This document shows positions 38,312 through 51,002 of a DNA stretch of 64,000 nucleotides, one piece after another. The notes beneath the pieces were generated by a model, which had not been told where the DNA came from, ran no database searches, and worked only from the letters and a program-made list of their open reading frames with translations. The DNA comes from Scyliorhinus canicula (taxonomy: Eukaryota). A program made the translations under genes and the position numbers. Every line of letters starts with the position of its first letter. Positions within the stretch are counted from its first letter, which is position 1. Location: assembly GCF_902713615.1 (NCBI RefSeq), contig NW_024056036.1, positions 62,001 to 126,000 of the forward strand, in the 5' to 3' direction.

Positions 38312-38945
38312 CTCTGTGCATTTAAGCAGTGACGGCCAATCCTCTGATTGCCGGCGATTGAAAGAGAACGTCGATAATATTGGTGCCCTGAGGCTGTGCA
38401 GAACAGATCTGGAAGGATCGGACAAATACATGGCCCCGTTGTCTTGGAATTTTGTGAGTCGGAGAGTCATCAGAGACCAGTGAATTTTACAGCACTCACC
38501 ATGGACAGCACCACTCGCTCACCCTCTAACTGAAACACATCCCTTATCTGGACGACTCCAGAACAGAATGTAGGAAGAGTCAACTGTTATTTGATGTATT
38601 TTCGATTAGAAATTGATGTTCTACTGTAGACTGCTAGGGTCTCAGACTCAGTGGGCTTATGCCCATCCACGTTAATGGTCCGAGAAGATTTTATCATCCC
38701 CACATCTGAGAGTTTGCAATACTTCTGCTCGGAAATGGATATTCCAAAGTTAATTTACTGTGCATGGCAACATGCAGATTAATCTGACGAATCTCAAACA
38801 GCTCCTTTATTAACCTGTACAAGGACAGAGACAGCAATGTAATTGGTGGATAAATAGACGTGAGTGCGTTTCTGAATCGAGATCAAACCATCTCCGGAGA
38901 CAAGAGCACGATGGCAAATTTATTGGGATTGAAAATACTCTGTGA

Positions 38946-39409
38946 GGTTTTTGTGTGTGGTTTCGCTGCTATGTGACACTGCTCAATGCACAGTGATAGA
39001 CCGCCCGCCCTCCACACTGAGCGCGTTTATATTGAGATCACCATTCTTTTTAGATTTGTTGGCAGCCGTCAGATATCGTCCTGAGATCTCCTCTTAAGTT
39101 GATGATGATCAATTTCGGCGGCTGTGCCGGTTTTTGCTGATACCAGAGCATGTGGTACATAGTCGGGTTGTGTATATTCGCAATCTAACTGCACTGAACC
39201 CCCTTCTGATGCAGATATTGTCACCGGTGATTGAGTTACTGGATCTGCGCATAGTCCGCCTGCGAAAGTGGAGAAATGATAGTAGACGAAGAGTTAATCA
39301 AACATTGCGAGAATCTGAGAGTTAGAAACACGCGGCTGGTGGACCGGAGAATCCAGCCCATAATCCAATACTTACTATGTAAGAGCGCCGCCAGTATTAA
39401 CAGAGACAT
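38946..39409 (-). pseudogene. TCR alpha/delta-like V pseudogene (family A): leader 39409-39376 MSLLILAALLH, V exon from 39259
   Basis: ADPVTQSPVTISASEGGSVQLDC, then a frameshift before WYQQKPAQPP and more in FR3. Nonamer ACAAAAACC intact but heptamer reads AGCAGTG (CAC lost). Confidence 0.85.
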
Positions 39410-39610
39410 GGCTGACTGAACCTCTAGAGTGAATGGGAATGGGATGAGGCAGAGGTTGAGAAGCAGTGAGGGAACCAAGGCTTTGTTCAGCTCATTGCTC
39501 CACCCACAAACTGCATGGGGTCAGTGCTATTGTGACATCACTCCGGGTACCATCCCCATTGGCTTTGTCAGTGCTATCACGTGAATTAATCAGGCCCATG
39601 CCTGATCTTG

Positions 39611-39627
39611 GAGCCCTCTGCTGGTGG
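39611..39627 (-). promoter_or_regulatory. CTCF-like motif CCACCAGCAGAGGGCTC ~200 bp upstream of V leader; TGATGTCA decamer-like site at 39533-39540
   Basis: Match to CTCF consensus CCASYAGRKGGCRS; homologous position to sites at 45167 and 60523. Confidence 0.6.
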
Positions 39628-39719
39628 TTTCTAAGTAAAACATTTTAGGATGAGGTCATTGAGTGGATTCGGTAAGTATTTTATCTGCAGACATGAGCGT
39701 TTTCCAGAAAGCTAAATTT

Positions 39720-39940
39720 CAGCGCGGTGGCACAGTGGTTAGCACTGTTGACTCACATCGCCATGGACCCAGGTTCAATACTGGCCTTGGGTTACTGTGT
39801 GGAGTTTCCACTTTCTCCCCGTGTCTGCGTGGGTTTCCTCCGGGTTCTCCGGTTTCTTCCCACAGTCCAAAGATGTGTGGGTTAGGTGGATTGGCTAGGC
39901 TAAATTGACCCTCAGTGTCAGGGATCTGTAGGTTCGATTC
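39720..39940 (+). mobile_element. HE1-type SINE
   Basis: GGTGGCACAGTGGTTAGCACTG head and HE1 core. Confidence 0.78.
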
Positions 39941-40677
39941 AAGGGTTATAGCAATAGAGAGGGCAAGTGCCTGCCAAATGGCGTTTGCAGCTAAGCACTT
40001 GTGCTGTTAATTCTTAAATCCCTCTATCTTTATGATGAGAAACATGAGATGAGCAGCTAGCTGATTACAAGATTTTATAGAGTCCGACTAATGTCTGACA
40101 GGTAGGTGTCCACTCGCTCTCCCTGAATACCAGGCAGGTTTCCATCAGGAAATATCCCGGATTCTTGTTCCTGACAGACTGCCGGGGGTCCTGTTAAGCG
40201 GAATGAATCTTAAAACAGAGTTTGGAGGGAATTCGGGAAATCGCAGGAGCTGACCACAAACCATCAAAGCAATCCGGGAACCGCAGATTCAAGTAAGGAA
40301 ATGGAAATTATGAAATACACTTTACTGATCTCCGCAGAAACAGGTGGACAATGAATTTAACCACAAGAACCAAATATCGAATGAATAGAGACAAAAGAAA
40401 ATGTTATAGACTCCGGATGTCTGTAAAATCCTGCAACCACAGGAAGCACATTCCCAGTGTAATCACTGTCGCGATGTTCGAAATATGCTTAACGCAGAGG
40501 ACGGTGGAAATGTTTAATTCTCTGTCAGTAAGAGTTGTCATTCCGATCCTTGAGTAAAGGACTTTCCTTATTGCCAAAGTGAGCCCCATATTTTCCGGTT
40601 AATTTGAAGTCGTGGCAAATAACAACCAGAACATTTTGTAATGGAACGATGGACGCCCTTTTTCTGTTTCTCGCTCT

Positions 40678-40875
40678 TTATAGAATTTACAGTGCAGAAG
40701 GAGGCCATTCGGCCCATCGAGTCTGCACCGGCTCCTCGAAAGATCACCCTAACCAAGGTTAACACCTCCACCCTATCCCCATAACCCAGTAACCCCACCC
40801 AACACTGAGGGCAATTTTGGACACTAAGGGCAATTTATCATGGCCAATCCACCTAACCTGCACATCTTTGGACTC
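40678..40875 (-). mobile_element. HE1-type SINE 3' part
   Basis: TAGAATTTACAGTGCAGAAGGAGGCCATTCGGCCC tail and GGCAATTT..CATGGCCAATCCACCTAACC core on +. Confidence 0.78.
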
Positions 40876-41986
40876 TCTCTTATCTCTCTCTTTACGATAA
40901 ATTGAGGATCTATATTGGTCAGCAACATGTGCCGTCTCATTCAGACTACCCAGTGACTTTGGACTACAATAATGGACAGAGTTCACTCCCAGTCTCCTGT
41001 GCCATCCTACGCATCTCCCAGATACCAGACCTCAGGTGGCGCTGGATGACCCTGGACTTCCCTCAGATTGGCCCATGACTTTTCCTGACAAAGTGCTGCA
41101 GTAGTTTCTATTGCCTCTTGCAGCATGGCTGACCAGAAAACTCTCCAGCTCTTACCACCTATCATTAGTCATATTGGAAGAACTTGCAAGCTGATAATCA
41201 TCGTGTGTGGCCAGGCAAGGAGCACACCTTCTGCAGCCATAAAGCCCTGGAGTGGTATTGAAACGCAGAACTTCCGGCCCAGAAGACGTGCTTCAGTGCC
41301 TGAGAATCCGCATTTCACATTTTTATTCTTGCCCGAAATGTGGTTGTGGTGAAGCGTCACAGATATTTCCTGTAATCCCAGCTGCCACCTGTAACAGCGG
41401 TGAACTAACTGACAGCTCGTCAGGCTTAAACCAAAGAGAAGATCTCGGAACGTTAACTAGCGGAATTCTGTCTGCGAAACATCGATTCTCAATGTATTCC
41501 CGAATATTGCTGCAGGATATTTGTGAATTATTATCATCAAAGTGTTGTTATTGCTTGGTTGCTGTATCTGATGCCTTGTTCGTTGTTTTTCTTTTGCTAT
41601 ATTTTCTATTTAATACTGACCGATATCACTTGTCTCAGTTTTCTGACGGGCCTTCTTATTGCCAAAGTCCATGTTCATTTGAATAAATAGTTGAACTGAA
41701 AAAACTCATAAAACAACTGATAAGTTTGGACGTTCATTTGGAAAGAATGGAAGTCTTGAAAGCTCGGTAAACATCAAACAAAGATGCAAAATAATGTAAA
41801 TAAGCCATGCATCAAAAAGTGATTGATATTGTTCTGTGGTTAATCTGTAAATTATATCACTGGAAATAACATTTTTAATTCCAATAAATCACACGGATGA
41901 AAAACATTTGTTTCTACATTTTGTTTGGCTCATACTCATTTCCACTGCACACAAGCTGGTTGGCTCCACAGTTCTCAGGTTGAGTG

Positions 41987-42304
41987 AGTCCTTGTGCAGG
42001 TTCCTCATCTCTTTGTTTCACAGTGTCTCACTGCACTGTAAACACCGCAGCGCCAGACAGCTCAACCGTGTTAACACTGAGAGTGATGCAACCTTTCTCA
42101 CTGTCCACAGATACTTTAAACCTTCCCTCAAATCTTTCATCTCTGAATGTGGAGACCAGATTCTCGGGAGCCTGATTGGAGAACTGCCGGTACCAGAATA
42201 CAAATTCATTTCTAGCAAAGTCGCGTTGATATGAAGCGAGATGGTCGTTCCTTCTGTTACCCGATACATCGATATGTGAAATGTCCCCGAGTGACAAGGA
42301 ATAG
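41987..42304 (-). pseudogene. TCR V pseudogene, no recognisable leader; RSS CACTGTG-23-ACAAGGACT
   Basis: Acceptor at 42305/6. FVFWYRQFSNQAPENLVST...GRFKVSVDSEKGCITLSV. Frameshifted FR1 lacking Cys23 and a disrupted YYC. Confidence 0.8.
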
Positions 42305-42773
42305 CTGTTAAAACAAGAATAACATTAACGTTATGACACATACAGGGTCAATTAACTAAAGTGTTTGAGTACATAGGGAGAATAAACTAATCTATCTGTG
42401 TATCTACATATATATTCGCCTGCCCGCCTGTCTGTCCGTCCATCTATCCACCTACTGACAATCTGTCTCGCTACATAATTGTTTATCTAACTTTCTCTCC
42501 CATATCTGTCTACCTGGCATCTGAGAAAGTTCATTGTTCCGCCTGCCTCTGTGGAACTAACAAAACAAATAATATATTTCGACATTCTGCATCTATAATA
42601 AAGCTGATGGATATTGTAACTATCCAGGTGAAGGCTTAAATATGGGAAAGTAATCATTCTGATAATCAACGGCATTTCTAAAGGTTCTGGTTTGTGGAAA
42701 TGTAAACGGGGCAGCAGACACCCGGCAGTGAACAAGATATTGTACAGCCGGATCAGCTCTGTGTCTCGCTGTG

Positions 42774-43198
42774 TCTCCTTCGCACAGAGATACATTCCGG
42801 AGTCCTGGACCGCGCTGACATCTATACAGATGGTATTGGACTTCTTTGTTCTCTCCAAGGACAGGGTGTAGCGTCCTTTGGTCTCAGTCCCCTGGTAAAT
42901 GGAGGCGATAAACGTGGGAGCCTCTGTCGGTGTCTGTCTGTACCAGGCTACGGAATAGCCAGAACCAATGGCGATCCGACAGTTCAGTTCAGCCCGATCC
43001 CCTTCCCGGGACACCACCTGCTCAGGGTGGGAGCTCTGATCCTCACACAGAACAGCTGGGAACAAAAGAAAATCCTCATAAGTACGCGGTGTTATAATAT
43101 TGTTTTAAAAATGCATCAGATAAGAAAATAAACTCACCCAATATCAGCAGCATCAGCGCTCCAGCTGGAAACAGCTCTTTCCTGGGATTCCTGGTCAT
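42774..43198 (-). CDS. Apparently intact TCR alpha/delta-like V: leader 43198-43138 (MTRNPRKELFPAGALMLLIL) + V exon 43055-42774 (...ELNCRIAIGSGYSVAWYRQTP...DSGMYLCAKE)
   Basis: Phase-1 GT/AG intron, conserved Cys/Trp/Cys, RSS CACAGCG-23-ACAATATCT (42773-42735). Confidence 0.85.
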
Positions 43199-44130
43199 GA
43201 TGATGAAAGTGGACAAAAGGCGGATCAATCCGGGTCTGATTTCCAGACTGGGACTTGCTGCCGAGTCCGGGACTCAATGTTGTGCGGGTGAGGAGAGGAG
43301 AGAGCTTTACATTCTTCCCCTGAATGTGAGACTGATCCTCGCCGATTGGACTATTATTGGATGTCTTTATTTGACGTTACACACAGTGCCATTGAGCGAT
43401 TGGTTGTTTCTGAATTCATAGAGCGCGTGAACCGTCACTGATTGCGAACCTCTCTGCTTCCTGTGTGTAACACCAGGCTAACATGATTCATATAGTCAGT
43501 GCTCTGTTGTGTTTCTAACTGAACAGAGCAATTGATTATCTAAACGTCATAGTGTTTTACAGCCCAAACAGAGGGAATTCGGTCCATTACTTCCGTACTG
43601 TCTCGCTGAAAGAATTATCCACTGTTTGTTTCAATACATTTCATTATTTTTACATTTCTATTTACTGGTCATATGTTTATCCACTTCTTCCTTAAGCTGA
43701 CTGATGGATTCAGTTTTGGCACCGTTTCTAGAACATAGAACAGTACAGCACAGCACAGAACTCCAGTTGCTCCAAGTCTCTGCTCAGGATTATTGTCTCT
43801 CATCCCTGCTTCACCTTTCCCAATCCCTCCCACACTCTGTGAAGTTAATACCAAATGAAATAAGAGCCACGGAACCGATCCATGTGTTTGAACAGCATTC
43901 CCAACAGTGATCTGTACCTATTTATACTGTCTGTATCTGTTCTAATATCTGCATCGCGGTTGATAAAACCTGGATCCTTTAACTCTTTAACGTCCTCAGT
44001 AACGTGTAGCCAAATTTCTGCATCTGAACCCTGAATACTTTCTGCACTTTGACTCATTATATTTACTTCTTAGTTCCTTCCTCATTCCATCTACTTTATG
44101 TATTTATATGATAACAACAGACACAGCATT

Positions 44131-44460
44131 TACGGTTGTGCTTTAGATCATCAGCTCTGTTGTTCCGTGGTTATTCAATGCAGGGAATTACCTTCTGACG
44201 CAGACATACAGATTCCTGCACAACTGTATTATTTACAGAACCAGTGATAGGAAGGGGCCAGAGGCAGCGATGTCTCCAACAGAACAATCGGTTCAGATCG
44301 AGAGCAGCAAACGGAAGCTGTTGCCGGGGACACCACAGACTCTAAACTGATCAAACTGTGCGGCGGTTACCAGCTGCCGTCACAAGTGCTGGAGCGGAAA
44401 TAGCGACGGTTGAACCAGCAGAATCTGTGACCATCCTGCACCTGCTCACTGCACAAGAGT
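44131..44460 (-). pseudogene. Highly degenerate V pseudogene (family C), paralog of 62115-62417
   Basis: Nucleotide similarity to 62.1 kb (GCAGTGAGCAGGTGCAGGATGG...TCAACCGTCGCTATTTCCGCTCCA). Remnant GSTVAIS, PGNSFRLLLS, LYVC. Possible RSS CACGGAA-23-ACAACCGTA. Confidence 0.55.
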
Positions 44461-45166
44461 CTGAGAACAAACAGTGTGGGAGTGACATTAACGGCCCAGA
44501 ATCATAGAGATTTAGGGAACGGAATGAGGGTTCAATTTACCTGTGTTTATTTGGAAATGTTGTCCCAATCGCCTTTTACACCCCACATTACCCATGCTGC
44601 TTTCCCTTCTCAAGTTATTACAATTCGCTTTTGAAAGTTGCCGTTGAATCTCCTTTCTTCGTCATTTCATGCGTGGAATTGCAGACGTTAACATACCTTA
44701 ATGTAATAAATAACATTCACCTAATTTTCCATGAAATCGGCATGATTTTGTCTGCTGCTTTTGGAAACAATCACTTGTGATCTATACTACCAAAAATACA
44801 TCATTTTATCAGATCAATTGAGATCGCTTCTAATTTCTTTGTTAAAAAGAAATGAAAGCAAGCTTCGCCAGCCTTGTGCAAAGATTTGCATTATGCCTTC
44901 TATTCTGATATATAACGTCCGCACTTTCTCCGACTTCTTAACAATGTTCATACTTTGTCCTGCACAGGATTTGGCCAGAGCCGACAAAGAATTCTACAGA
45001 TTTAGTGTCACTTGCCATTTTGTATCATCTGACATGAACATCAACAGCACTAAAAGCTGAGTCTAAAAAGCTCCAATTTGTGTTTCTGGGAACCATTCGT
45101 ACCTTGTGTGTTTCAGCGCTCGCGGAATTCTTTCAATGGCCGCATTCTAACAGCAATGAGATAAAT

Positions 45167-45290
45167 CCGGCAGCAGAGGGCGCCACGTTCAAGCAGGGGC
45201 GTGATGACGTCATGGGGGTTGCACTGTCAAAGCCGATAGGTTTGGGAGACTTGGTGATGTCATAATGGGGTTGGTAGCCTGGGTGATGTC
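45167..45290 (+). promoter_or_regulatory. CTCF-like motif (CAGCAGAGGGCGCCAC, 45171-45186) followed by three CRE/TCR-decamer-like sites (TGACGTCA, TGATGTCA x2)
   Basis: Motif matches 120-240 bp upstream of the V leader. CRE-like decamers are established TCR V promoter elements. Confidence 0.65.
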
Positions 45291-45410
45291 ACAATGGGCC
45301 TGGCCCCCTGCATTGTGTGGGTGGAACAATGAACTGAACAGAGCCCGGGGTTCCCTCTCTCAATTTCTGACTCATCCCATTCCCATTCACTCACAGAGAT
45401 TCAGCCGGAC

Positions 45411-45930
45411 ATGTTTCTGGCGGTAAGTACTGGATAATGTTCACCATGACAGATTAGCTGACAATAGATTGTAATAATTAATGATCAGAAATGTCTGTCT
45501 GGTGGGCAGAGGGGAGGTTCCACAAACCCACACATTTACAAACAAATTTAGGTCACTTATGTTTAAACTCTTGATATTTGATTCCTCCACTATCGCAGGC
45601 GGACAATGCGCAGATCCAGTAACTCAGTCACCGGTGACAAAACCCGTATCAGAAGAGGATTCGGTGCAATTCCATTGTCAATATTCAGAGCCGGACACTC
45701 GCTACATGCAATGGTATCATACGAAAGCGGCACAGCCACCAATCTGGACTATTCGCAATGTATTAACTCTGAAGAAAGATGCAGTTTCAGGACGATATCT
45801 GGCGGCTGCTGACAAGCCTGAACAGAACGGTTACCTCAATATAAGCGCCCTCAGTGTGGAGGGCGGGGCGGTCTATTACTGTGCAGTGAGGCATAGCGTT
45901 GGATATAACATAACGCCCCGGAGAAAAACC
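45411..45930 (+). pseudogene. TCR V family A: open V exon 45599-45891 but leader reduced to 12 nt (phase 0, out of frame) and heptamer CATAGCG
   Basis: ADPVTQSPV...FHCQYSEPDTRYMQWYH...GGAVYYCAVR. Leader ATGTTTCTGGCG|GTAAGT versus 34-nt paralog leaders. RSS CATAGCG-23-AGAAAAACC. Confidence 0.85.
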
Positions 45931-47052
45931 TCAGCGCGTATTTACTCGACAGACAAGCTTTATTCAGTGTCATTGCTTGCGGGAATAATTTCACGGAGGA
46001 GTCAGGTCTATCAATCGCAGTTATATTGCTGTCTCTGTTCTTGTACAAGTCAACATAGAGGCAGTTTGGTAAATCATAAGGCTCATCTCCATGCGGCGAT
46101 TTCCACAGTAAATTTAAACTTGAAATACCCAGTACTAGCAGAGGTAGTGAAAACTATCTGATGTGGAGCTAATAATACCGAAAACTATGGATATTCTTTC
46201 CAAAACTTAACTCAGGTGGGCCCAAGGCCACTGAGTCTCCGCCATCCCATCCTGTAATGAACCTGAAAATCTGAGAAAGTCTGCAATGCACAATAACCAT
46301 TTCAACAGAGCGCCACCGAGCAACACGATTATTATTATCGTGCAGGACCATGTGAAGTTTTGGTGTATGGTTTAGCCTTCAACAAAAATATAACATTTTC
46401 GATCGATGTGGACCATTTCTACCCAATGTTAAGGCGCCATCCAGGTCAGGGGCAGACTTCACCAGCTAAGAGACGGAGAAGCAGGTTGAGTGCGTCCCAG
46501 GGGCTATGACGACTCCAGCAGTTAGAAAACACCAGAAGCGCCGCAGATGTGAATTTGTGCGGCCCACACAGCTCCTCACATTCTCACACTTGCTGTACTC
46601 TCGCAGTTGTTGATTAATCTGCCATTGACTGCTCCTCCAGACATATCTTTTCTTTATTTGTTTCTTCCATTTCTCTGACAAAGAGTCTGGCACAGACACG
46701 GCGGCACGAATGGCCTCATACTGTGCTGTAATCATTCTCTGATTCGACGCTAACCTCACCCTGTGGCCAGCGAACCCAAGGCCTTTTCTCATTTAATCTC
46801 TCCTGACTTGCCCCCTATTAGAGCCTTTTCCTGTTGTTCTGTTTCCAGCCTCCGGGGGTTCGCTTGGTTAAAACGTCCGACATTTCTAACCTGTCCCGGT
46901 TTTAATGAAAGGTGATGGTGAAAGACGAACTTTGTTTTCCTGTCGACAAATGCCGCCTGACTCCCTGAATAGTTCCAGTATGTACCGCTTTCTCCGCAGA
47001 GGTTGGATCGACTTTCTATGGCAATGGCAGTATGCTGCGGTTGCTTTTCAGT

Positions 47053-47142
47053 GGCTCGTTGGTCTAGGGGTATGATTCTCGCTTCGGGTTTTTGAGTCTC
47101 GGAATTTGCGAGAGGTCCCGGGTTCAAATCCAGGACGAGCCC
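47053..47142 (+). tRNA. TRNAP-CGG: tRNA-Pro(CGG) with 18-nt intron (47089-47106); one T-stem mismatch
   Basis: Matches vertebrate tRNA-Pro (GGCTCGTTGGTCTAGGGGTATGATTCTCGC...GCGAGAGGTCCCGGGTTCAAATCC.GGACGAGCCC) except an insertion after nt 37; T4 run downstream. Confidence 0.85.
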
Positions 47143-48193
47143 TTCGATGAGGTTTTCCGTTGGTCAAGCCTCATGTTTTCTTCATTTCTTTGCAGCGCAG
47201 ACGGCGGGATTCATTCACATTGTGTTTGCTTTGAGAAGCTGAACTCAAACTGCATGGAAGCAAGACGTTCCCGAGAAGCTTGTCTATGTGTGGGCATTCA
47301 CATTTCTATTGACTAATTCTGGTGGACTCAGACAGCTCTTTGTCCCTTTCATTTTATCAGTTCAACAACTTCAGACTGTGAACTCTCACTTCCCCCTCCA
47401 CCACATGTTTTTTTCCAACAACTAATCATTCCTTCCATTGATATGTTTTCCCCTCAGCATTGCCCCCCTCCCCCCAGCCCATACCATCCTACTTCAGCAA
47501 TCTGATCCCTGTTTGTAATTGTTCTCTGGCGCACTGCTTACCTTTGTTCTGCCATTAACACATTCTGACAGCTTGATGCGCCATCAGCACCTTTCATATC
47601 CTTGATTAGCCTCATTTACATTGCCTTTTTCTTTCTGCCCGAGACATTTTCGTCATTTCCCACCTATTATTAGCCCTCTATCGAGGCTCAATACAGCCCA
47701 CCCTACCCCCCACCCACCACCCACAATCGTCTGAATCTCCAATTCCAGTTCTCCAGCTTTGACAAAGAGTCCACTTGACTGGAAACGACAGCTGCCATTT
47801 CGCTCCCCAGAGGCTGTCAGACCTGCTGAGATTATCCAGTATTTTCTGTTTTTGTTTCCGTTTGAAGCATCCGCAGTAAATTGCATTTGTCATACATTTA
47901 GACATGTTTGAGATGGTGATTAAATATGTTCATTTGTAAATCGCTGAAATTCTGTTGTGGATGAACTAGCTGCTAATATCCGAGGTGTGCCAAGATATGA
48001 AAATTCTTCACCTCTCATTGCCTGCCGAAAATTCAGTGCTTGGGCCTTAATGTTCAATTCAGTTTAGTGGCTCATGTGAGACGAAATTTCATAGTCCTGG
48101 AACACACGAGATTCCGGCAACATTCAGGAAACAGAATTATTTTGTGCCCAATAATTGTGCAAACTTTTCTCACACGAAATGCTAAATGTTGGA

Positions 48194-48266
48194 TGTTATT
48201 GTCCGGTTTTGAACCGGGGACTTTTCGCGTGTGAGGCGAATGTGATAACCACTACACTACAGAAAC
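48194..48266 (-). pseudogene. TRNAV-CAC: tRNA-Val(CAC), acceptor stem with two mismatches
   Basis: GTTTCTGTAGTGTAGTGGTTATCAC...CCTCACACGCGAA...; 3' stem CAATAAC. Confidence 0.75.
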
Positions 48267-48472
48267 CGCTGGCAAGCAACGGACGTGCGGAATGTACAAC
48301 CTCACTGTGTTGCTGCAGATTCTGATGGTCTGTTTGAGAGGCCAGGTCCCTTGTTGCAAGCGACAGCTGTTTCTTAAATTAACAGATGTCTCAACATATA
48401 AAGCCGTGAGATGTAGAAATTATATCGAAATTAACATAAGTTATATTTTGCTGAATGTCGGTCTCAAATTTG

Positions 48473-48562
48473 TGCTCTTTGGTCCCGAGGTCTGGTTCTC
48501 GTTTAAGGATTTTCAAGCAATGCCTATGGGAGTGGTCGTGGGTTTAAATCCAGGACAGGCTC
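48473..48562 (+). pseudogene. Degenerate tRNA-Pro(B) with a different 18-nt intron (48509-48526); anticodon position AAG, B-box mutated
   Basis: Colinear 90-nt alignment to Pro(A) with no gaps. Confidence 0.65.
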
Positions 48563-48692
48563 TTTACTCCAGGTCAGGGATTACGAATTGTTTGCGATGC
48601 TGACGGCAGGGCTGATTTACATTGGCCCACTCTGAAAAAGATTTCTCAGGACTCGGAATGTTTACGTCGTTTCTCTCCCCACAGATGATGCT

Positions 48693-48726
<34 letters not shown>

Positions 48727-49514
48727 TCTGAGCTGGAGTGCGTTTGGATAAAATTGATGCTCCAGATCTGTGTTAACCACAGGGACGTGACCCATCTAAT
48801 CCACAGAGCCAAAGTGGAGAATTAAACTGACTGGAGAGCTGGGTCTTAACGCTGACCTCCCGGACCTCGGCGTCGTGAAATGTTCCAAAGAAGCTCAACA
48901 GCCACTCGAGGAACAGCAGCGCATCTTTCCACTGGGCTCAATACAGCTTTCACACTCAGTGTGTGTTCAGCAGTTTCACACTGTAAATGCTGCAACCATT
49001 TTGTGTGTCGTTCCATCGCAGATTTGGATTTCAATCTTGTTTCCATTTGTTCTTTGTGTCCGGGCGGTAGTTGTTGATCAATCTGCCATCGATAGCTCCT
49101 CCAGACATATATTTTGTTTCATTGTTTCTTCCATTGCGCTGACAGAGAGCTGGCACAGACACGGCGGCCGGAATGGCCTCATACTGTGGTGTCATTATTC
49201 TCTGATTTGATGCTAACCTAACTCTGTGGCCAGGGTCCCAAGGCGTCTTCTCATTTAATCTCTCCTGGCTTGCCCCCTATTAGATCCCTTTCCTGTTGTT
49301 CTGTTTCCTCCCTCCGGGAGTTCACTTGGTTAAGACGTACCACATTTCTAACCTGTCCCGGTTTTAATGAAAGGTGACGGTGAAAGACGAACTTTGCTGT
49401 CCTGTCGACAAATGCCGCCTGACTACCTGAGATGTTGCAGTACTTTTGGCGTTCTCCGCAGATGTTAGATTGATTTTCGATGGCAATGACAGTATGCTTT
49501 GACTATTTTTGCGG

Positions 49515-49592
49515 GGCTCGTTGGTCTAGGGGTATGATTCTCGCTTTGGGTGTGTCGCTGTCGGAATTTGCGAGAGGTCCCGGGTTCAAATC
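49515..49592 (+). pseudogene. TRNAP-UGG: tRNA-Pro(TGG) with 18-nt intron (49551-49568); 3' end deleted after T loop
   Basis: 5' part identical to Pro consensus; 3' T-stem and acceptor strand missing. Confidence 0.82.
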
Positions 49593-50633
49593 AAATCCGT
49601 TGGTCAAACCGCATGTTTTCTTCATTTCTTTGCGGCGCAGGCGGCGGGATTCATTCACATTGTGTTTGCTTTGAGAAGCTGAGCTCAAACTGCATGGAAC
49701 CAATACGTTCCCGAGAAGTTTGTCAATGTGTGGGCATTCACATTTCTATTGACTAATTCTGGTGGACTCAGACAGCTCTTTGTCCCTTTCATTTTATCAG
49801 TTCAACAACTTCAGACTGTGAACTCTCACTTCCCCCTCCACCACATGTTTTTTCCATCACCTTATCATTCCTTACATTGATATGTTTTACCCTAAGCATT
49901 GCTCACCTCCCCCCCAGCCCATACCATCCTACTTCAGCAATCTGATCCCTGTTTGTAATTGTTCTCTGACGCACTGCTTACCTTTGTTCTGCCATTAACA
50001 CATTCTGACCGCTTGATGCGCCATCAGCACCTTTCATAGCCTTGATTAGCCTCATTTACATTCCCTTTTTCTTTCTGCCCGAGACATTTTCGTCATTTCC
50101 CACCTATTGCTAGCCGTCTATCGAGGCCCAATACAGCACTCCACCACCCCCACCCCCCACCCACAATCGTCTGAATCTCCAATTCCAGTTCTCCAGCTTT
50201 GACAAAGAGTCCACTTGACTGGAAACGACAGCTGCCATTTCGCTCCCCAGAGGCTGTCAGACCTGCTGAGATTGTCCAGTATTTTCTGTATTTGTTTCCG
50301 TTTGAAGCATCCGCAGTAAGTTGCATTTGTCATATATTTAGACATGTTTGAGATGGTGATTAAATATGTTCATTTGTAAATCGCTGAAACTCTGTTATGG
50401 ATGAACTAGCTGCTAATATCCGAGGTGTGCAAAGATATGAAAATTCTTCACCTCTCATTGCCTGCCGAAAATTCAGTGCTTGGGCCTTAATGTTCAATTC
50501 AGTGTAGTGGCTCATGCGAGACTAAATTTCATAGTCCTGGAACACACGAGATTCCGACAACGTTCAGGAATCAGAATTATATTGTGCCCAATAATTGTGC
50601 AAACTTTTCTCACACGAAATCCAAAACGTTCAA

Positions 50634-50706
50634 TGTTTCTGCCCGGTTTCGAACCGGAGACCTTTCGCGTGTGAGGCGAATGCGATAACCACTACACTAC
50701 AGAAAC
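50634..50706 (-). tRNA. TRNAV-CAC: tRNA-Val(CAC), all stems closable, probably functional
   Basis: GTTTCTG/CAGAAAC acceptor, TTCGC-CTCACAC-GCGAA anticodon arm, GGTTCGAAACC B-box. Confidence 0.9.
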
Positions 50707-50912
50707 CGCTGGCAACCAATGGACGTGCGGAATGTACAACCTCACTGTGTTGCTGCAGATTCTGATGGTCTGTTTGAGAGGCCAGGTCCCTTGTTGCAAT
50801 CGACAGCTGTTTCTTAAATTAACAGATGTCTCAACATATAAAGCCGTGAGATGTAGAAAGTATATCGAAAATAACATAAGTTATATTTTGCTGAATGTCG
50901 GTCTTAAATTTG

Positions 50913-51002
50913 TGCCCTTTGGTCTCGAGGTCTGGTTCTCGTTTAAGGATTTTCAATCAATGCCTGTGGAAGTGGTCGTGGGTTTAAATCCAGGACAGGC
51001 TC
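50913..51002 (+). pseudogene. Degenerate tRNA-Pro(B), unit 2 (intron 50949-50966)
   Basis: Homolog of 48473-48562. Confidence 0.65.

Noticed and set aside
31030-38320. Target-site duplication for the L1
   Set aside because: Only a 3-bp AAC match, which merges with the poly(A) tail.
38400-38520. TLRLTKFQDNGAMYLS as FR3 of another V
   Set aside because: No terminal Cys, no RSS, no upstream framework.
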